Assembly: GCA_963663545.1 (NCBI GenBank)
Contig: OY760505.1
Location: 2,944,001 to 3,008,000 of the forward strand
DNA length: 64,000 nucleotides
Source: Candidatus Delongbacteria bacterium
Lineage (GTDB): Bacteria > CAIWAD01
Direction of reading: 5' to 3'
Numbering within the stretch: position 1 is the first letter of the stretch; each line of letters starts with the position of its first letter. This document shows, piece by piece, positions 9,148 to 19,686 of this stretch. A program made the translations under genes and the position numbers. The notes beneath the pieces were generated by a model that was not told the origin of the DNA, searched no databases, and saw only the letters and a list, made by a program, of their open reading frames with translations.

Positions 9148-10332
9148 ATGAACAGGCCAAGAGTCTTGGTTCTCCTATGCGTGATGCTTTGTGTCACACT
9201 CTATGCAGAGGCGCAGACAATGGATGCGCTGCTGAACCAACTCAACCAGTTGCCTGTGCCCAAGCGCCAAAGCGTTGTGGACAGTCTTGTGCACCATCTG
9301 CCTCTCGATGGAGCGCCGATCTGCGAAGACAGCAGTGCCTGGTTTCTCTACTCCGGCATTGGCAGTGGATTGGCCATTGCCGGCGACATGACGGATTGGC
9401 TTCCCGGATTGAACATGCACCAACTCTATGGCACCGATCTCTGGTACTACCGCTTGCACTGCCCGCGTGATGCACGCCTGGATTACAAACTGGTGCGCAA
9501 TGGCGGGGACTGGTTTCTGGATCCACTGAATCCCAGGCGCATCCAGGGAGGATATGGAGACAACTCGGAATTGAAAATGCCGGCGTATCCTTCTCATCCT
9601 GAGATCGAGGATCATGGATTTGAATCACCGAGGGTTGTATCACACGAGGAGTTCTTCAGTCCTCAGTTGAACAACAGTCGTGTGATACGTGTGCTTCTTC
9701 CTCCGAAGTACAAAGAATGCGTGATGCACGACGTGTTGATTGTGCACGACGGTCTTGATTTCATCAGTCTGGGTAGGCTGGCCAACGTATTGGCCTGGCT
9801 GGCTGAGAAGCAGCCGGAAGTGCAGTTGCCGATTTGTGTCTGTATTCCTGCCATCAATCGGCGGGATGAATATGAAGCGGCTCAGCAGGTGGATTTTGGC
9901 CGTTTCATTGTGGAGACCGTGCGCCCCTTCGTGATGGAACACTATGAGACACACGGCGATGATCCGGAGCATTGGGCCTGTCTAGGTTCCAGCAACGGCG
10001 GCAATATATCCCTGTATCTGGCACGCACTTATCCTGATTGCTTTCACAAACTGGCGCTGATGAGCCCTTACATTCCCGACGAGCAGAGCTTAGGCATACT
10101 GGGACAGCCGTCGGATACGTATCACATCTATTTGAATTACGGTTTTTACGATCTGGAACCACTACAGGAGCCCATTCGCCGTTTCATCGCCCAGACTCAA
10201 CAGGCGGGAATCGCGCTTGAGTCACACATGTACAATGAAGGCCATTCCTGGGGCATGTGGCGTGCTACACTGGCGGAAGCGTTGTTGTATCTGTACGGAA
10301 CTGCTGAGGATCAGGAGCCTGCCATCCGCTGA
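9148..10332 (+). CDS. exported alpha/beta-hydrolase esterase (Fes-like) with N-terminal Ig/CBM48-like domain
   Basis: signal peptide; IAGDMTDW...LDPLNP; HDG; nucleophile GSSNGG; EGHSW. Confidence 0.8.
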   Translation: MNRPRVLVLLCVMLCVTLYAEAQTMDALLNQLNQLPVPKRQSVVDSLVHHLPLDGAPICEDSSAWFLYSGIGSGLAIAGDMTDWLPGLNMHQLYGTDLWYYRLHCPRDARLDYKLVRNGGDWFLDPLNPRRIQGGYGDNSELKMPAYPSHPEIEDHGFESPRVVSHEEFFSPQLNNSRVIRVLLPPKYKECVMHDVLIVHDGLDFISLGRLANVLAWLAEKQPEVQLPICVCIPAINRRDEYEAAQQVDFGRFIVETVRPFVMEHYETHGDDPEHWACLGSSNGGNISLYLARTYPDCFHKLALMSPYIPDEQSLGILGQPSDTYHIYLNYGFYDLEPLQEPIRRFIAQTQQAGIALESHMYNEGHSWGMWRATLAEALLYLYGTAEDQEPAIR

Positions 10333-10661
10333 CAAATCATTCTACTGCATAGCACATTTTCGTGTGCGGCGCTGATAACATTGTGTAACTTTCCTCCCGT
10401 GATTCGGCACAGATGGCCTTCCGGCTTCCTGAAGGCGCCCTTCGAGTGAGATTTCGTTTTGTTACCTAAGTCCCTCCTTCGCTGCCAGCGGCAGGTGAAG
10501 CCAAGGGCATTACTAGAACAGGGAAGGGATGAGAGTACCCTTCTCAAGACGTTGGCCGCCTGCGGGCGGCCGCGTCATTTTAGGTGCTTTTCACTCGGCA
10601 CACACGGCATCTATACTACCTTGAGCATGCAGGGGGACACCCCCGTATCACGAAGAAGGAA

Positions 10662-12062
10662 ATGAAAACGCATGAGGACATGATGGAAAGCTTTTCCCGA
10701 CAGTTGGCTCGTTTCGCCCTGGGCGTGCGGTATGAAGATCTGCCCGAGGAAGTGATCCACGAGGTCAAGCGCTATTTGTACGACAGCGTTGGCTGTGCTT
10801 ACGGTGCAGTCGCCACAAAGGATGTGAAAGCTGTCCACGACATCTACACCGAGTTGGGTGGCAAGGAAGAGGCGACGATCATCGGTCACGGCAATCGCAT
10901 GCCCGGCGTCAACGCCAGTCTGGTGAATGCGCTGATGATCCGCTCGCTGGATTTCAACGATATCTACTGGAAGGAAGACCCCAGCCATCCTTCCGACATC
11001 ATTCCAGCAGCCCTATCGGCAGCTGAGATGGTGGGCGCCGACATGCGCGAGGTGATCGTGGGCATCGCCCTGGCTTACGAGTTCGAACAGCGCATGTGCC
11101 TGTTTGCCAAGCCGGGTGTGCGTGAGCGCGGTTGGCACCACGCCACCTTGACCCAGTTCGTCAGTCCGCTGGTGGCTGGACGTGTGCTTGGTCTGACGGA
11201 AGACCAGATGGTCAACGCCGTCGGTATCAGCGCGTGTCACAATCACACCATCGGTTGCCCCACAGCCGGCAAGCTGACTATGATGAAGAACACGGTGGAT
11301 CCCATGGCGACCCAGGCGGGTGTCTTTGCTGCCATGCTGGCCGCAAAGGGCTACACCGGTACCGAGGCAGTGTTTGAGGGCAAGGAAGGCCTGAAGCACT
11401 GTTTCGGTGAGGCTTGGGACGACGAAGCGCTGCTGGGAAATCTGCCCGGGACGCCGGGTGGCCTGCCCTGGAAGGTGCTTGAATGCAGCATGAAGGCTTT
11501 CCCGACGGAGGCGCTGACGCACACTCACCTTTCCGCCACCCTCAAGGTCATGAAGGGCAACAGCCTGACCTGGCAGGATATCGACGAAGTCGTGATTACC
11601 ACCATCGCCCGCGCGTGTGACATTCTCTTTGATCCGCACAAGTACCGTCCCGACAGCCGTGAGACGGCGGATCACAGCCTGCCATATTGCGTAGCCGCTG
11701 CCATAGTGGATCAGAAGATCACCACCGACAGCTTCAGTGATGCAAAGATGAAGGACCCGGCCCTCTGGGAGGTCATTGATCGCATCAAGGGTGAAGCCAG
11801 CGTCGAGTTTGAGCAGATGTTCCCGGCCAAGCAACCCAGCCGTGTGCGTGTGAAAACCAAGGACAGACGCGAGTTCGTCGAATACCTCGAGTACCCCAAG
11901 GGAGATCCGCGTGAGCCGATGACCCAGGAGGATCTGGAGAACAAGTTCAACGCTCTAGTCGGCGATCGCATGAGCGATGAGCGCAAACGCCAGGTGCGCG
12001 ATCACATTTTCTCCTGCGAGAGCATGAGCGCGCGGGAGTTCATGGACGGCCTGCGTTTCTAG
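10662..12062 (+). CDS. prpD: MmgE/PrpD family protein (2-methylcitrate dehydratase-like)
   Basis: R.LDFND, SHPSD, G.LTMMK, RETADHSLPY and YPKGDPR motifs; AAGGA RBS. Confidence 0.8.
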   Translation: MKTHEDMMESFSRQLARFALGVRYEDLPEEVIHEVKRYLYDSVGCAYGAVATKDVKAVHDIYTELGGKEEATIIGHGNRMPGVNASLVNALMIRSLDFNDIYWKEDPSHPSDIIPAALSAAEMVGADMREVIVGIALAYEFEQRMCLFAKPGVRERGWHHATLTQFVSPLVAGRVLGLTEDQMVNAVGISACHNHTIGCPTAGKLTMMKNTVDPMATQAGVFAAMLAAKGYTGTEAVFEGKEGLKHCFGEAWDDEALLGNLPGTPGGLPWKVLECSMKAFPTEALTHTHLSATLKVMKGNSLTWQDIDEVVITTIARACDILFDPHKYRPDSRETADHSLPYCVAAAIVDQKITTDSFSDAKMKDPALWEVIDRIKGEASVEFEQMFPAKQPSRVRVKTKDRREFVEYLEYPKGDPREPMTQEDLENKFNALVGDRMSDERKRQVRDHIFSCESMSAREFMDGLRF

Positions 12063-12070
12063 CTGTGCAC

Positions 12071-12100
12071 AGGGGCGGCCGCGGTCGCCCCTTTCATTTT
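12071..12100 (+). terminator. terminator-like hairpin
   Basis: AGGGGCGGCC-gc-GGTCGCCCCT followed by TTCATTTT. Confidence 0.6.
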
Positions 12101-12109
12101 GGAGAAGCC

Positions 12110-12952
12110 ATGCTGCGTGTAGAGAAGGTGCAGTACCGCTACGGTGATACACTGGCCCTCGATGATGTCAGCCTGCAATTGGAAGCAGGTGGCATTTTGG
12201 GGCTGCTGGGGCCGAACGGAGCCGGAAAGACGACGCTTGTATCCCTGGTGGCGGGGTTACGTGAACCCTGTGCAGGACAAGTACGCGTGAAAGGCGGTGA
12301 TCCGCGAAAACCAGAAGTGCGCCGTCGGTTGGGACTGGTTCCGCAGGAGTTGGCGCTTTATGAGGAACTAAGCGCAAAGGCCAATCTGGAGTTCTTCGGC
12401 AGTGTACAAGGGCTTCATGGTAACGGGTTGCGCAAACGTATCACATGGTGTCTGGACTTCGCCGGACTAAGCGACCGTGCTACAGACAAGGTGGAAGCCT
12501 TCTCTGGAGGCATGAAGCGTCGGCTTAACCTGGCGGTTGCGCTGCTGGCGGAGCCGGATCTGCTGGTACTCGATGAGCCGACGGTGGGTGTGGACCCACA
12601 GTCGCGGCGTGCGCTGCTGGATCGCATCTTCGAGTTGCGTGAGACAGGAACCGCCGTGCTCTACACGACGCACTACATGGAAGAAGCGCAGCAGCTCTGC
12701 GACCGTGTTGCCATTGTGGATCACGGGCGCATGCTGGCAGAGGGGCCAGTGAAGGAGTTGCTGCAAAAGTATGGTGATGAGCAGCAGCTCGAGGTACGAT
12801 TTGCCGACGGCAGTGAGATCATTCGTGGCGAAAACCCGCTGGAGCAGTTGGCGGCAATGAAGGATCGCGGTCGTGTTCTGGGCATGAGCCTGGAGCAGGC
12901 GAACCTGGAGCAGGTCTTTCTGAAGTTGACCGGTCGCGGTCTGAGAGATTAG
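12110..12952 (+). CDS. ABC-2 type exporter ATP-binding subunit
   Basis: GPNGAGKTT, FSGGMKRR, LDEPT and TTHY motifs; GGAG RBS. Confidence 0.9.
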   Translation: MLRVEKVQYRYGDTLALDDVSLQLEAGGILGLLGPNGAGKTTLVSLVAGLREPCAGQVRVKGGDPRKPEVRRRLGLVPQELALYEELSAKANLEFFGSVQGLHGNGLRKRITWCLDFAGLSDRATDKVEAFSGGMKRRLNLAVALLAEPDLLVLDEPTVGVDPQSRRALLDRIFELRETGTAVLYTTHYMEEAQQLCDRVAIVDHGRMLAEGPVKELLQKYGDEQQLEVRFADGSEIIRGENPLEQLAAMKDRGRVLGMSLEQANLEQVFLKLTGRGLRD

Positions 12953-12968
12953 TCCCACTGGGGTAAGT

Positions 12969-14291
12969 ATGCGAGTACTACTGACACTAGCCTGGAAGGA
13001 TCTGCGCATTCTGTTGGCAGATCGCATGGGCATGATTTTCACGGTTTTCTTTCCACTGATCTACGCCGTCTTTTTCGGACTCATCTTCTCAGGTGGCGGC
13101 GAAGGCGGGCGTAGCAAGATTCCCGTTGCGTTGGTGGACGCCGACAGCACGGCGCGCTCGATAGCCTTTGCCGATTCGCTGAGCGTATCCTCGGAATTGA
13201 GTGTTACGTATCACGGTGACACAGAGGGAGCGCGGGAGGCTGTGCGTCGCGGCAGATCAACGGCCATGATTCTGCTGCCGCCTGGATTCGGGGAGCGCCT
13301 TGGTCGCTTTGCCTATGGCGAACCGGCAAACCTGAAACTGGGTGTCGATCCTTCCCGCAAGGCTGAAGCTGGCATGCTGCAGGCTGTGCTTTTTCAGACA
13401 GCAGCAGAGTTCATGCAAATGGGTTTCAGCGATTTTAATACGCAGAAGCAGGATCTGAGCGCCTGGCGTGATACGCTGCGCCAGGTGGAAAATCAGGAAG
13501 ATGTGGGTTATGTGCTGACTTTCTTCGATGCGCTGGAAAGTTTCCTTTCCGAAGAGGAGAGCCGTAGCACCGAAACCATGGATGCAGCGGATTCAAGCTC
13601 GCGCGGGTCTGAGAATTGGGGCGGTTTCACTCCGCTCAAGGTCGAGGAGCTCAGCATTCAGCGGGAGCGATTTGGCCCACCCAATGCTTTCACCATCACC
13701 TTTCCGCAGGGCATCATCTGGGGATTGCTGGGGGCTACAGCAGGATTCGCCCTCGGCCTTGTGCTGGAGCGCCGACGTGGTACGCTGCGACGACTGCTGG
13801 CCTCACCCTTGGGCTGGGCGAAAATCCTGGGCGGACGCGCGCTAGCCTGTTTCATTTTCTGCTTCCTCATGAGCCTTGTCCTGATTCTGCTGGGCGTGAC
13901 ACTCTTTGGTGTTCAAGTGCAGCAGCCATTGTACCTGCTGCTGGTTTTGCTGGCAATAGCACTGTGTTTCACGGGAGTGATGATGATCATCGCCTCCATG
14001 GGACGCAGCGAAGCCAGCGTGGGTGGAATTGGTTGGGGCGTGAACCTGCTGATGGCGATGCTTGGTGGCGGCATGGTGCCTCTCTTCTTCATGCCGCAGT
14101 GGCTGCAGCGCGTTGGCGTCATCAGTCCTGTGCGCTGGGCGGTCATTGGCATCGAGGGTTGCCTCTGGCGTGGTTTCAGCCTGAGCGAACTGATGGTACC
14201 TTTGCTTGTGATGTCGGCCATTGGAGTCGGTTGTCTGACTCTGGGCGTGTTTTTGTTGAGGCGCATCGGCTTTGCCGGAGAAGGCGCATAG
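12969..14291 (+). CDS. ABC-2 type exporter permease
   Basis: N-terminal TM, large extracytoplasmic loop, E...GTL.RLL..P motif, five C-terminal TMs. Confidence 0.85.
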   Translation: MRVLLTLAWKDLRILLADRMGMIFTVFFPLIYAVFFGLIFSGGGEGGRSKIPVALVDADSTARSIAFADSLSVSSELSVTYHGDTEGAREAVRRGRSTAMILLPPGFGERLGRFAYGEPANLKLGVDPSRKAEAGMLQAVLFQTAAEFMQMGFSDFNTQKQDLSAWRDTLRQVENQEDVGYVLTFFDALESFLSEEESRSTETMDAADSSSRGSENWGGFTPLKVEELSIQRERFGPPNAFTITFPQGIIWGLLGATAGFALGLVLERRRGTLRRLLASPLGWAKILGGRALACFIFCFLMSLVLILLGVTLFGVQVQQPLYLLLVLLAIALCFTGVMMIIASMGRSEASVGGIGWGVNLLMAMLGGGMVPLFFMPQWLQRVGVISPVRWAVIGIEGCLWRGFSLSELMVPLLVMSAIGVGCLTLGVFLLRRIGFAGEGA

Positions 14292-14307
14292 TCTCCAGGA
14301 GATACAA

Positions 14308-15447
14308 ATGCAGGAAGCACTCAGTCCGCTTTTACTTCGTGTGACACAACCACCCATGGCGTGCAGTTCGCTGCCTAAAGTGAAGGGCGTGATACGTTGC
14401 CGCCCTGAAGATTTTCGCGTGGAAGAGCTGCCGCAGTACGCGCCTGATGGCAGTGTCGGTGCTCATTTCATGCTAACTATGACCAAAACGGGCATGAACA
14501 CAGAAGATGCCTTGCGCATTGTTTCGCGTGCCCTCGATGTGCCACGGCCCGAGGTCGGCTTGGCCGGACTGAAGGATCGTCACGCGGTGACAACGCAGTG
14601 GATTACGGTACCGGCATCTGCAGAATCTGCGCTGAGCGGGTTTCATCACGATTGCATCACACTCGGGCAGGCTTTTCCACATGGCAATAAACTGCGACGT
14701 GGACACCTTGCGGGTAATCGTTTTCGTATTGTCGTGCGCGATCTGTGTTGTTCACAGGAGGAAGCGCTCCAGCGTATCGAAGCGCGGCTTGATTGTCTGC
14801 GTGAAGAGGGCGGCCTGCGCAACTATTATGGTCCGCAGCGATTCGGCTATGGGGCGGCAAATGTATCACGTGGGCTTCGCCTGCTGAACGCACCTCAGCG
14901 GATACGCAAAGGTGACCTGATGCTCTCTGCCGCGCAAAGTGCCGTGTTCAATCTGACCTTGGCAAATCGCGTGGAGCAAGGCTTGATGACCACGGTCCTG
15001 CGTGGCGATGTGTTACGTCGTCGCGAGTCGGGTGGCGCTTTTATCTGCGACGATCCAACCGTAGACCAACAACGCTTTGACGCGGGAGAGTTGGGACTGA
15101 CGGCGCCCTTGCCGGGATCCAAGATGCTCAACCCGCCTGCGGATAGTCCGGCCGGGGAGCAAGAGGAACGTGCCATGGCCGAGCTGGGCGTGCGCAGCGA
15201 GCAGTGGCGTTCGCTTGGCAAGAAAGCTCAGGGCAGTCGCCGTGATCTTCTGCTTTCCCTTGCTGAAATGAAGCTCAGCGTCGGCGTCGAGTCCGCCACA
15301 GATGCGCTGAGCGCGGGACTGGCGCTCGAGTTCATTCTGCCTGCAGGAGCCTTCGCCACGGTCTTGCTGACAGAGCTGTTGGGCACTTACGACGAAATGG
15401 ATCACCGTGAGCCAAACCCGCCACAGGAAGATGAGAACGAAGAATAG
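14308..15447 (+). CDS. truD: tRNA pseudouridine(13) synthase
   Basis: EDFRVEE, AGLKDRHAVTTQW, GNRFRI, NYYGPQRFG and F.LPAGAFAT motifs. Confidence 0.92.
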   Translation: MQEALSPLLLRVTQPPMACSSLPKVKGVIRCRPEDFRVEELPQYAPDGSVGAHFMLTMTKTGMNTEDALRIVSRALDVPRPEVGLAGLKDRHAVTTQWITVPASAESALSGFHHDCITLGQAFPHGNKLRRGHLAGNRFRIVVRDLCCSQEEALQRIEARLDCLREEGGLRNYYGPQRFGYGAANVSRGLRLLNAPQRIRKGDLMLSAAQSAVFNLTLANRVEQGLMTTVLRGDVLRRRESGGAFICDDPTVDQQRFDAGELGLTAPLPGSKMLNPPADSPAGEQEERAMAELGVRSEQWRSLGKKAQGSRRDLLLSLAEMKLSVGVESATDALSAGLALEFILPAGAFATVLLTELLGTYDEMDHREPNPPQEDENEE

Positions 15448-16387
15448 CCATCCGACTCTGCTGGCACTGCACGGCGGTGCCGGCGTGATACAGCTCGATA
15501 GCATGAGTGCAGCAGACCGAGCACGTCGAGTAGCGGGCCTGCGGGAGGCTTTGTCCTGTGGCTGGCGGTGTTTGCAGAAAGGTGATACAGCATTGGAAGC
15601 TGTACTGCAGACCGTGGCCGTTCTTGAAGATGATCCGGCCTTCAACGCTGGCCGTGGATCTGTGCTGACCAGTGCAGGCGATGTCGAGATGGAAGCAGCG
15701 GTGATGAACGGCAGCGATGCGCGTTTTGCCGCCTTGAGTGGCCTGCGGCGTTTGCGGAATCCGGTGCTTGCACTACGAAGGCAGTTGGAACGTCAGCAGG
15801 TCTACCGTTGTGGCAGGGAAGTAGAGCAGGAGCTAGTTTCGCTGGGCGAGCCAGCAGAGGAGGCGGATTGGTTTCGCACGCCGGAGCGTGTGCAGCAACT
15901 GGAACTGGCGCGCATGCGGCAACAACAGATTCTGGATCACAGCGGAGCCTTTGGCACAGTTGGTGCAGTTGCCCGCGATTGTATGGGTGAGCTGGCGGCG
16001 GCAACTTCTACGGGCGGCATGACGAATAAAGCCCCGGGTCGCATAGGTGATACACCGCTCATTGGTGCAGGAACCTGGGCCAGCGTCCGGATTGCAGTTT
16101 CAGCTACAGGGACCGGGGAGGCCTTTATGCGCGCCGTGTTCGCGCACACTGTGGAAGAAGCTGTGCGCCTGGCTGAGTACAGCCTTGAGCAAGCCTGTGA
16201 TACCGCTCTTGAGAGGGTTCGCGAGCTGGGTGGAAGTGGCGGATGTGTGGCTGTAAGCGAAAAGGGCGAGCTCTGTCTGCCCTTTAACTCGAGCGGCATG
16301 TATCGCGCCTGGGTTGATTCCGCTGGCGACTTCCACATCGGTATCGGTTGTGGCGAAGAACAAGCCGGATCGGCACGACTGCTCTGA
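15431..16387 (+). CDS. iaaA: isoaspartyl peptidase / plant-type L-asparaginase (Ntn hydrolase)
   Basis: HGGAG, FNAGRGS, GTVGAVA, TSTGG, GRIGDTP and TGTGE motifs. Confidence 0.88.
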   Translation: MRTKNSHPTLLALHGGAGVIQLDSMSAADRARRVAGLREALSCGWRCLQKGDTALEAVLQTVAVLEDDPAFNAGRGSVLTSAGDVEMEAAVMNGSDARFAALSGLRRLRNPVLALRRQLERQQVYRCGREVEQELVSLGEPAEEADWFRTPERVQQLELARMRQQQILDHSGAFGTVGAVARDCMGELAAATSTGGMTNKAPGRIGDTPLIGAGTWASVRIAVSATGTGEAFMRAVFAHTVEEAVRLAEYSLEQACDTALERVRELGGSGGCVAVSEKGELCLPFNSSGMYRAWVDSAGDFHIGIGCGEEQAGSARLL

Positions 16388-16395
16388 TCACAAGC

Positions 16396-16800
16396 TCAGG
16401 ACTTGGCGTCTTCCAGAAGCTTGTTCAAATCAATATTGCCCGGATCACGCTCTACCAGCAGGATTCCCGCCAGTGGGACGATCATGTAGCGTGTATCACG
16501 ATAGGTGATTTCTATGGCCGCCTTTTTGACGAAGAGCGCATAGTCTCCTACTTCCACTTCCATGGGCAGATAGCGTGGCTTGCGCTCGTCCTGCTGCCAC
16601 GGTTCGCCGTCAGCGTCGGGATTGGCCAAGGGCGTGCCTGGGCCAACTGCGACGACATAGCCGCCGCGTACGCTTTCCTTTTCAATCACCGTTGGCGGCA
16701 AGTACAGGCCTGCGCCCGTCCGCGCCTGATCGTTATCCGGCAACAGCAAAACGCGGTCGCCAATGACCTTGAGTGAGGAGAGTTTCTTTTTGCTCATCAT
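16396..16800 (-). CDS. stand-alone GroES-family co-chaperonin
   Basis: GDRVL, T.AGLYLP, VVAVGPG and VEVGD motifs; inserted loop and C-terminal extension; no groEL nearby. Confidence 0.75.
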   Translation of the reverse strand: MMSKKKLSSLKVIGDRVLLLPDNDQARTGAGLYLPPTVIEKESVRGGYVVAVGPGTPLANPDADGEPWQQDERKPRYLPMEVEVGDYALFVKKAAIEITYRDTRYMIVPLAGILLVERDPGNIDLNKLLEDAKS

Positions 16801-16941
16801 GGCTGTAATGTAGCAAGTGCCACGGGTCGTGGACGCGCGGGCCGGTCGTCACGCCCTGAAGAGTATGGCCGCCCCGGATTACGCGGTGGAGGTTCTGTTT
16901 CTGCCAGACTGCTAGCTTATTGCAGTCAGAACGGAGGTATC

Positions 16942-17379
16942 ATGACCATCCAGGAAGCCAGACAGAATGCAGTTCGTCAGTTTGCCGCACTGCCGGATTG
17001 GGACAGCCGCTATCAGCGCCTGATCGAGCTGGGAGCGGGGCTTGATTCCCTGTCGGCCGAAGAGCGCGAAGCGAAATTTCTGATCAAGGGATGTCAATCC
17101 CAGGTCTGGCTGATCGCCAGGCTGGAAGACGGCAGCGTGCGCTTGCGCGGCGACAGCGATGCATTGATCGTTAAGGGCCTGGTGGCATTGGTGCTGTCGG
17201 TCTACGACGGGCAGACTCCGGCGGATATCCTGGCGGACGACGCAGGATTCATTGGCGAAATCGGGCTGTCACAGCATCTGTCCGCCGTGCGTTCCAATGG
17301 CCTGCTTGCGATGCTGAAACAGATCAGGATGTATGCCCTGGCCTGGCAGGCCGTGCTACAAAAAGGAGGGCAGTCGTGA
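16942..17379 (+). CDS. sufE: SufE-family Fe-S sulfur-transfer protein
   Basis: GCQSQVW, DSDALIVKGL and LS..R.NGL motifs. Confidence 0.9.
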   Translation: MTIQEARQNAVRQFAALPDWDSRYQRLIELGAGLDSLSAEEREAKFLIKGCQSQVWLIARLEDGSVRLRGDSDALIVKGLVALVLSVYDGQTPADILADDAGFIGEIGLSQHLSAVRSNGLLAMLKQIRMYALAWQAVLQKGGQS

Positions 17380-18179
17380 AGATCTACATCAGTGCCGACA
17401 TCGAAGGTGTCGCCGGCGTATCACACTGGGATGAAACTTCGTGCAAGGGCTGCGGCTACGAGGAAGCTCGTCTGCGGATGACAGAGGATGTGGCTGCCGC
17501 CTGTCGTGGGGCCTGGAAAGCTGAAGCCGTGGAAATTTTGGTTCAGGACGCCCACGGCAATGGTCGCAACCTGATTCACGAGAAGTTGCCAGAGGGGGTC
17601 CAGTTGATTCGCGGTTGGAGCCGTGATCCACGCTGCATGGTGCAGCAGTTGACGCCGAAGTTCAACGCGTTGATCCTGATCGGATATCATTCCACCAAGC
17701 TGGAGGCTGCTGTTCCGCTTGCGCATTCCATGAGCACGGCACTGCACTCCATTCGGTTGAACGGTGAGGACTCCAGCGAATTCCGCCTGCACAGCCTGCT
17801 TGCAGCAGAAATGGGCGTACCCACCATTTTTCTAAGCGGTGATACACGCATGTGCGAATTGGCGCGCGAGCACCTTCCGTCCATGACAACTGTGGAGACC
17901 CACAGCGGAGAAGGCGAATCGGTGGTGGCCAGACATCCTCTTTCGGTGCAGGAAGAGATTGAGGCCGGTGTTGCCTGGGCAATGTCGACCAACCTGAAGG
18001 ACAGCCTGTTGAAGGTTCCGGAAGAGTTCGATGTCGAGCTCGATTTTGAGTCACACGTGCGCGCCGACATTGGTCAGCATTTTCCCGGCATGGAACGCTG
18101 TGGTAGCCACACGCTTCGTTATCGTCCTTCAAGCATGCTGGAACTGATGCGTGCGCTGATGTTCGTGGCCTGGGGATAA
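17376..18179 (+). CDS. dppA: D-aminopeptidase DppA (M55)
   Basis: ISADIEG, DAHG, GYH, LAH and SGD motifs; GTGA overlap with sufE. Confidence 0.85.
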   Translation: MKIYISADIEGVAGVSHWDETSCKGCGYEEARLRMTEDVAAACRGAWKAEAVEILVQDAHGNGRNLIHEKLPEGVQLIRGWSRDPRCMVQQLTPKFNALILIGYHSTKLEAAVPLAHSMSTALHSIRLNGEDSSEFRLHSLLAAEMGVPTIFLSGDTRMCELAREHLPSMTTVETHSGEGESVVARHPLSVQEEIEAGVAWAMSTNLKDSLLKVPEEFDVELDFESHVRADIGQHFPGMERCGSHTLRYRPSSMLELMRALMFVAWG

Positions 18180-18181
18180 TC

Positions 18182-18841
18182 GTGATACAAGTCGCCGGCA
18201 TTCGCAATCAACATGAAGCAGAAATGCTACTGCGCGAGGGCGTCGACCTGTTGGGGTTTCCTTTCGCCCTTGAGTATCACGCCGAAGATCTGCCTTTGCA
18301 CAGGGCTTCGTCACTCATTCGGGAGTTGGGGATTTCAAATCGCAGTGTGCTGATAACCTATCTGCACCGCGCGGACGAAATCCGCAACCTGGCGACGGAG
18401 TTGGGCTGCAATTGGGTGCAGATACACGGTGAGGCGGAAGTTTCCGAGCTGATTCGTCTGCGACAGTTGGTGCCCGGGATGCGTGTGATACGCAGTCTGG
18501 TACTTGGGCAACCTGGAACAGATCCATTTCTGCAGGCTGCAGAAGTAGCTCCCTGGGTGCACGCTTTTCTGACCGACAGCTACGATCCGAAGACCGGTGC
18601 GCGAGGTGCCACAGGGTTAACCCACGACTGGAGTATCAGCCGCACTCTTGTGGAGACTTGCGGTCGTCCGGTGATCCTGGCAGGTGGGTTGAACCCGTCG
18701 AATGTATCACAGGCCATCCGACGCGTGCGTCCGGCTGGCGTTGATGCGCACACTGGTTTGGAGAATGCACAAGGCGCGAAAGACCCGCGACTGGTGCGGG
18801 CCTTTGTGCGAAACGTCCGACGCAATCTAGCCTGTGAGTAG
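18182..18841 (+). CDS. trpF: phosphoribosylanthranilate isomerase-like protein
   Basis: VQIHG, GATG.THDW, ILAGGLNPSNV and GVD..TG.E...G.KD motifs. Confidence 0.8.
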   Translation: MIQVAGIRNQHEAEMLLREGVDLLGFPFALEYHAEDLPLHRASSLIRELGISNRSVLITYLHRADEIRNLATELGCNWVQIHGEAEVSELIRLRQLVPGMRVIRSLVLGQPGTDPFLQAAEVAPWVHAFLTDSYDPKTGARGATGLTHDWSISRTLVETCGRPVILAGGLNPSNVSQAIRRVRPAGVDAHTGLENAQGAKDPRLVRAFVRNVRRNLACE

Positions 18842-18882
18842 CAAAAGCTTCTTTTGTGAGACACCATACCTGGAGGAATACA

Positions 18883-19686
18883 ATGCGAACCCTACTACTG
18901 ACGGCTCTGGTCATGGGAAGTACCATCCACTTGTGTTCGGCCATTGAGCAGGACGGAGGTGTGATGGCTTATTCCATGGGTGCCGTGCTCTGGCAGCAGA
19001 CGGCGGCTGAGGCGCAGGCACTTCAACTTCAGGGCTGGCAGTTGGCCGATGCTCGATTGACCGACTGGGCGTACGAAGAGGACGCTTCCAGCTGTCGCGC
19101 CGTTGTGGTGGATCTGGACGAAACCGTGTTGGACAATTCACCCTATCAGGCTTGGCTGCTCAGCGCCAACAGCGCTTATCCGGAAGGGTGGGCCGATTGG
19201 ACCGCACGCGGGGAGGCGCCCGCCATTCCCGGCGCGGTGGAGTGCCTGACACACGCCGCCGAAATGGGCTACCAGGTGTATTACGTCAGCAATCGCAAAG
19301 AAGCCGAGCGCGCTGGTACCCTGCTCAATCTGGAGCGGCTGAATCTGCCACAGGTCGAGGAGAGCCATGTTCTGCTACGCACAGATGTTTCTTCTAAGCA
19401 AGCTCGCCGTGATACAATCAGCGAAGTATGTGAGATCGTACTTCTGGTTGGCGATAACCTGGCCGACTTCGCTGAGTTCTTTGAGAAGGGCAGCGTTGAA
19501 AGCCGTCATCAGCAGGTTGTGGATCACGCCGCCGAGTTCGGTCGTCGTTTCATCGTGATGCCAAATCCGATGTACGGCGACTGGGAGGGCGCCCTTTACA
19601 ACTACAATTACAAGACCACTCCTGAAGAGCGGGCTGCGATGCGCATGAAGGCACTGCGGCCCATGAAGGAGATCGCGGGCGAATGA
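18883..19686 (+). CDS. class C acid phosphatase / 5'-nucleotidase, e(P4) family
   Basis: [24 protein letters not shown] and PNPMYGDWE motifs; signal peptide; GGAGG RBS. Confidence 0.9.
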   Translation: MRTLLLTALVMGSTIHLCSAIEQDGGVMAYSMGAVLWQQTAAEAQALQLQGWQLADARLTDWAYEEDASSCRAVVVDLDETVLDNSPYQAWLLSANSAYPEGWADWTARGEAPAIPGAVECLTHAAEMGYQVYYVSNRKEAERAGTLLNLERLNLPQVEESHVLLRTDVSSKQARRDTISEVCEIVLLVGDNLADFAEFFEKGSVESRHQQVVDHAAEFGRRFIVMPNPMYGDWEGALYNYNYKTTPEERAAMRMKALRPMKEIAGE

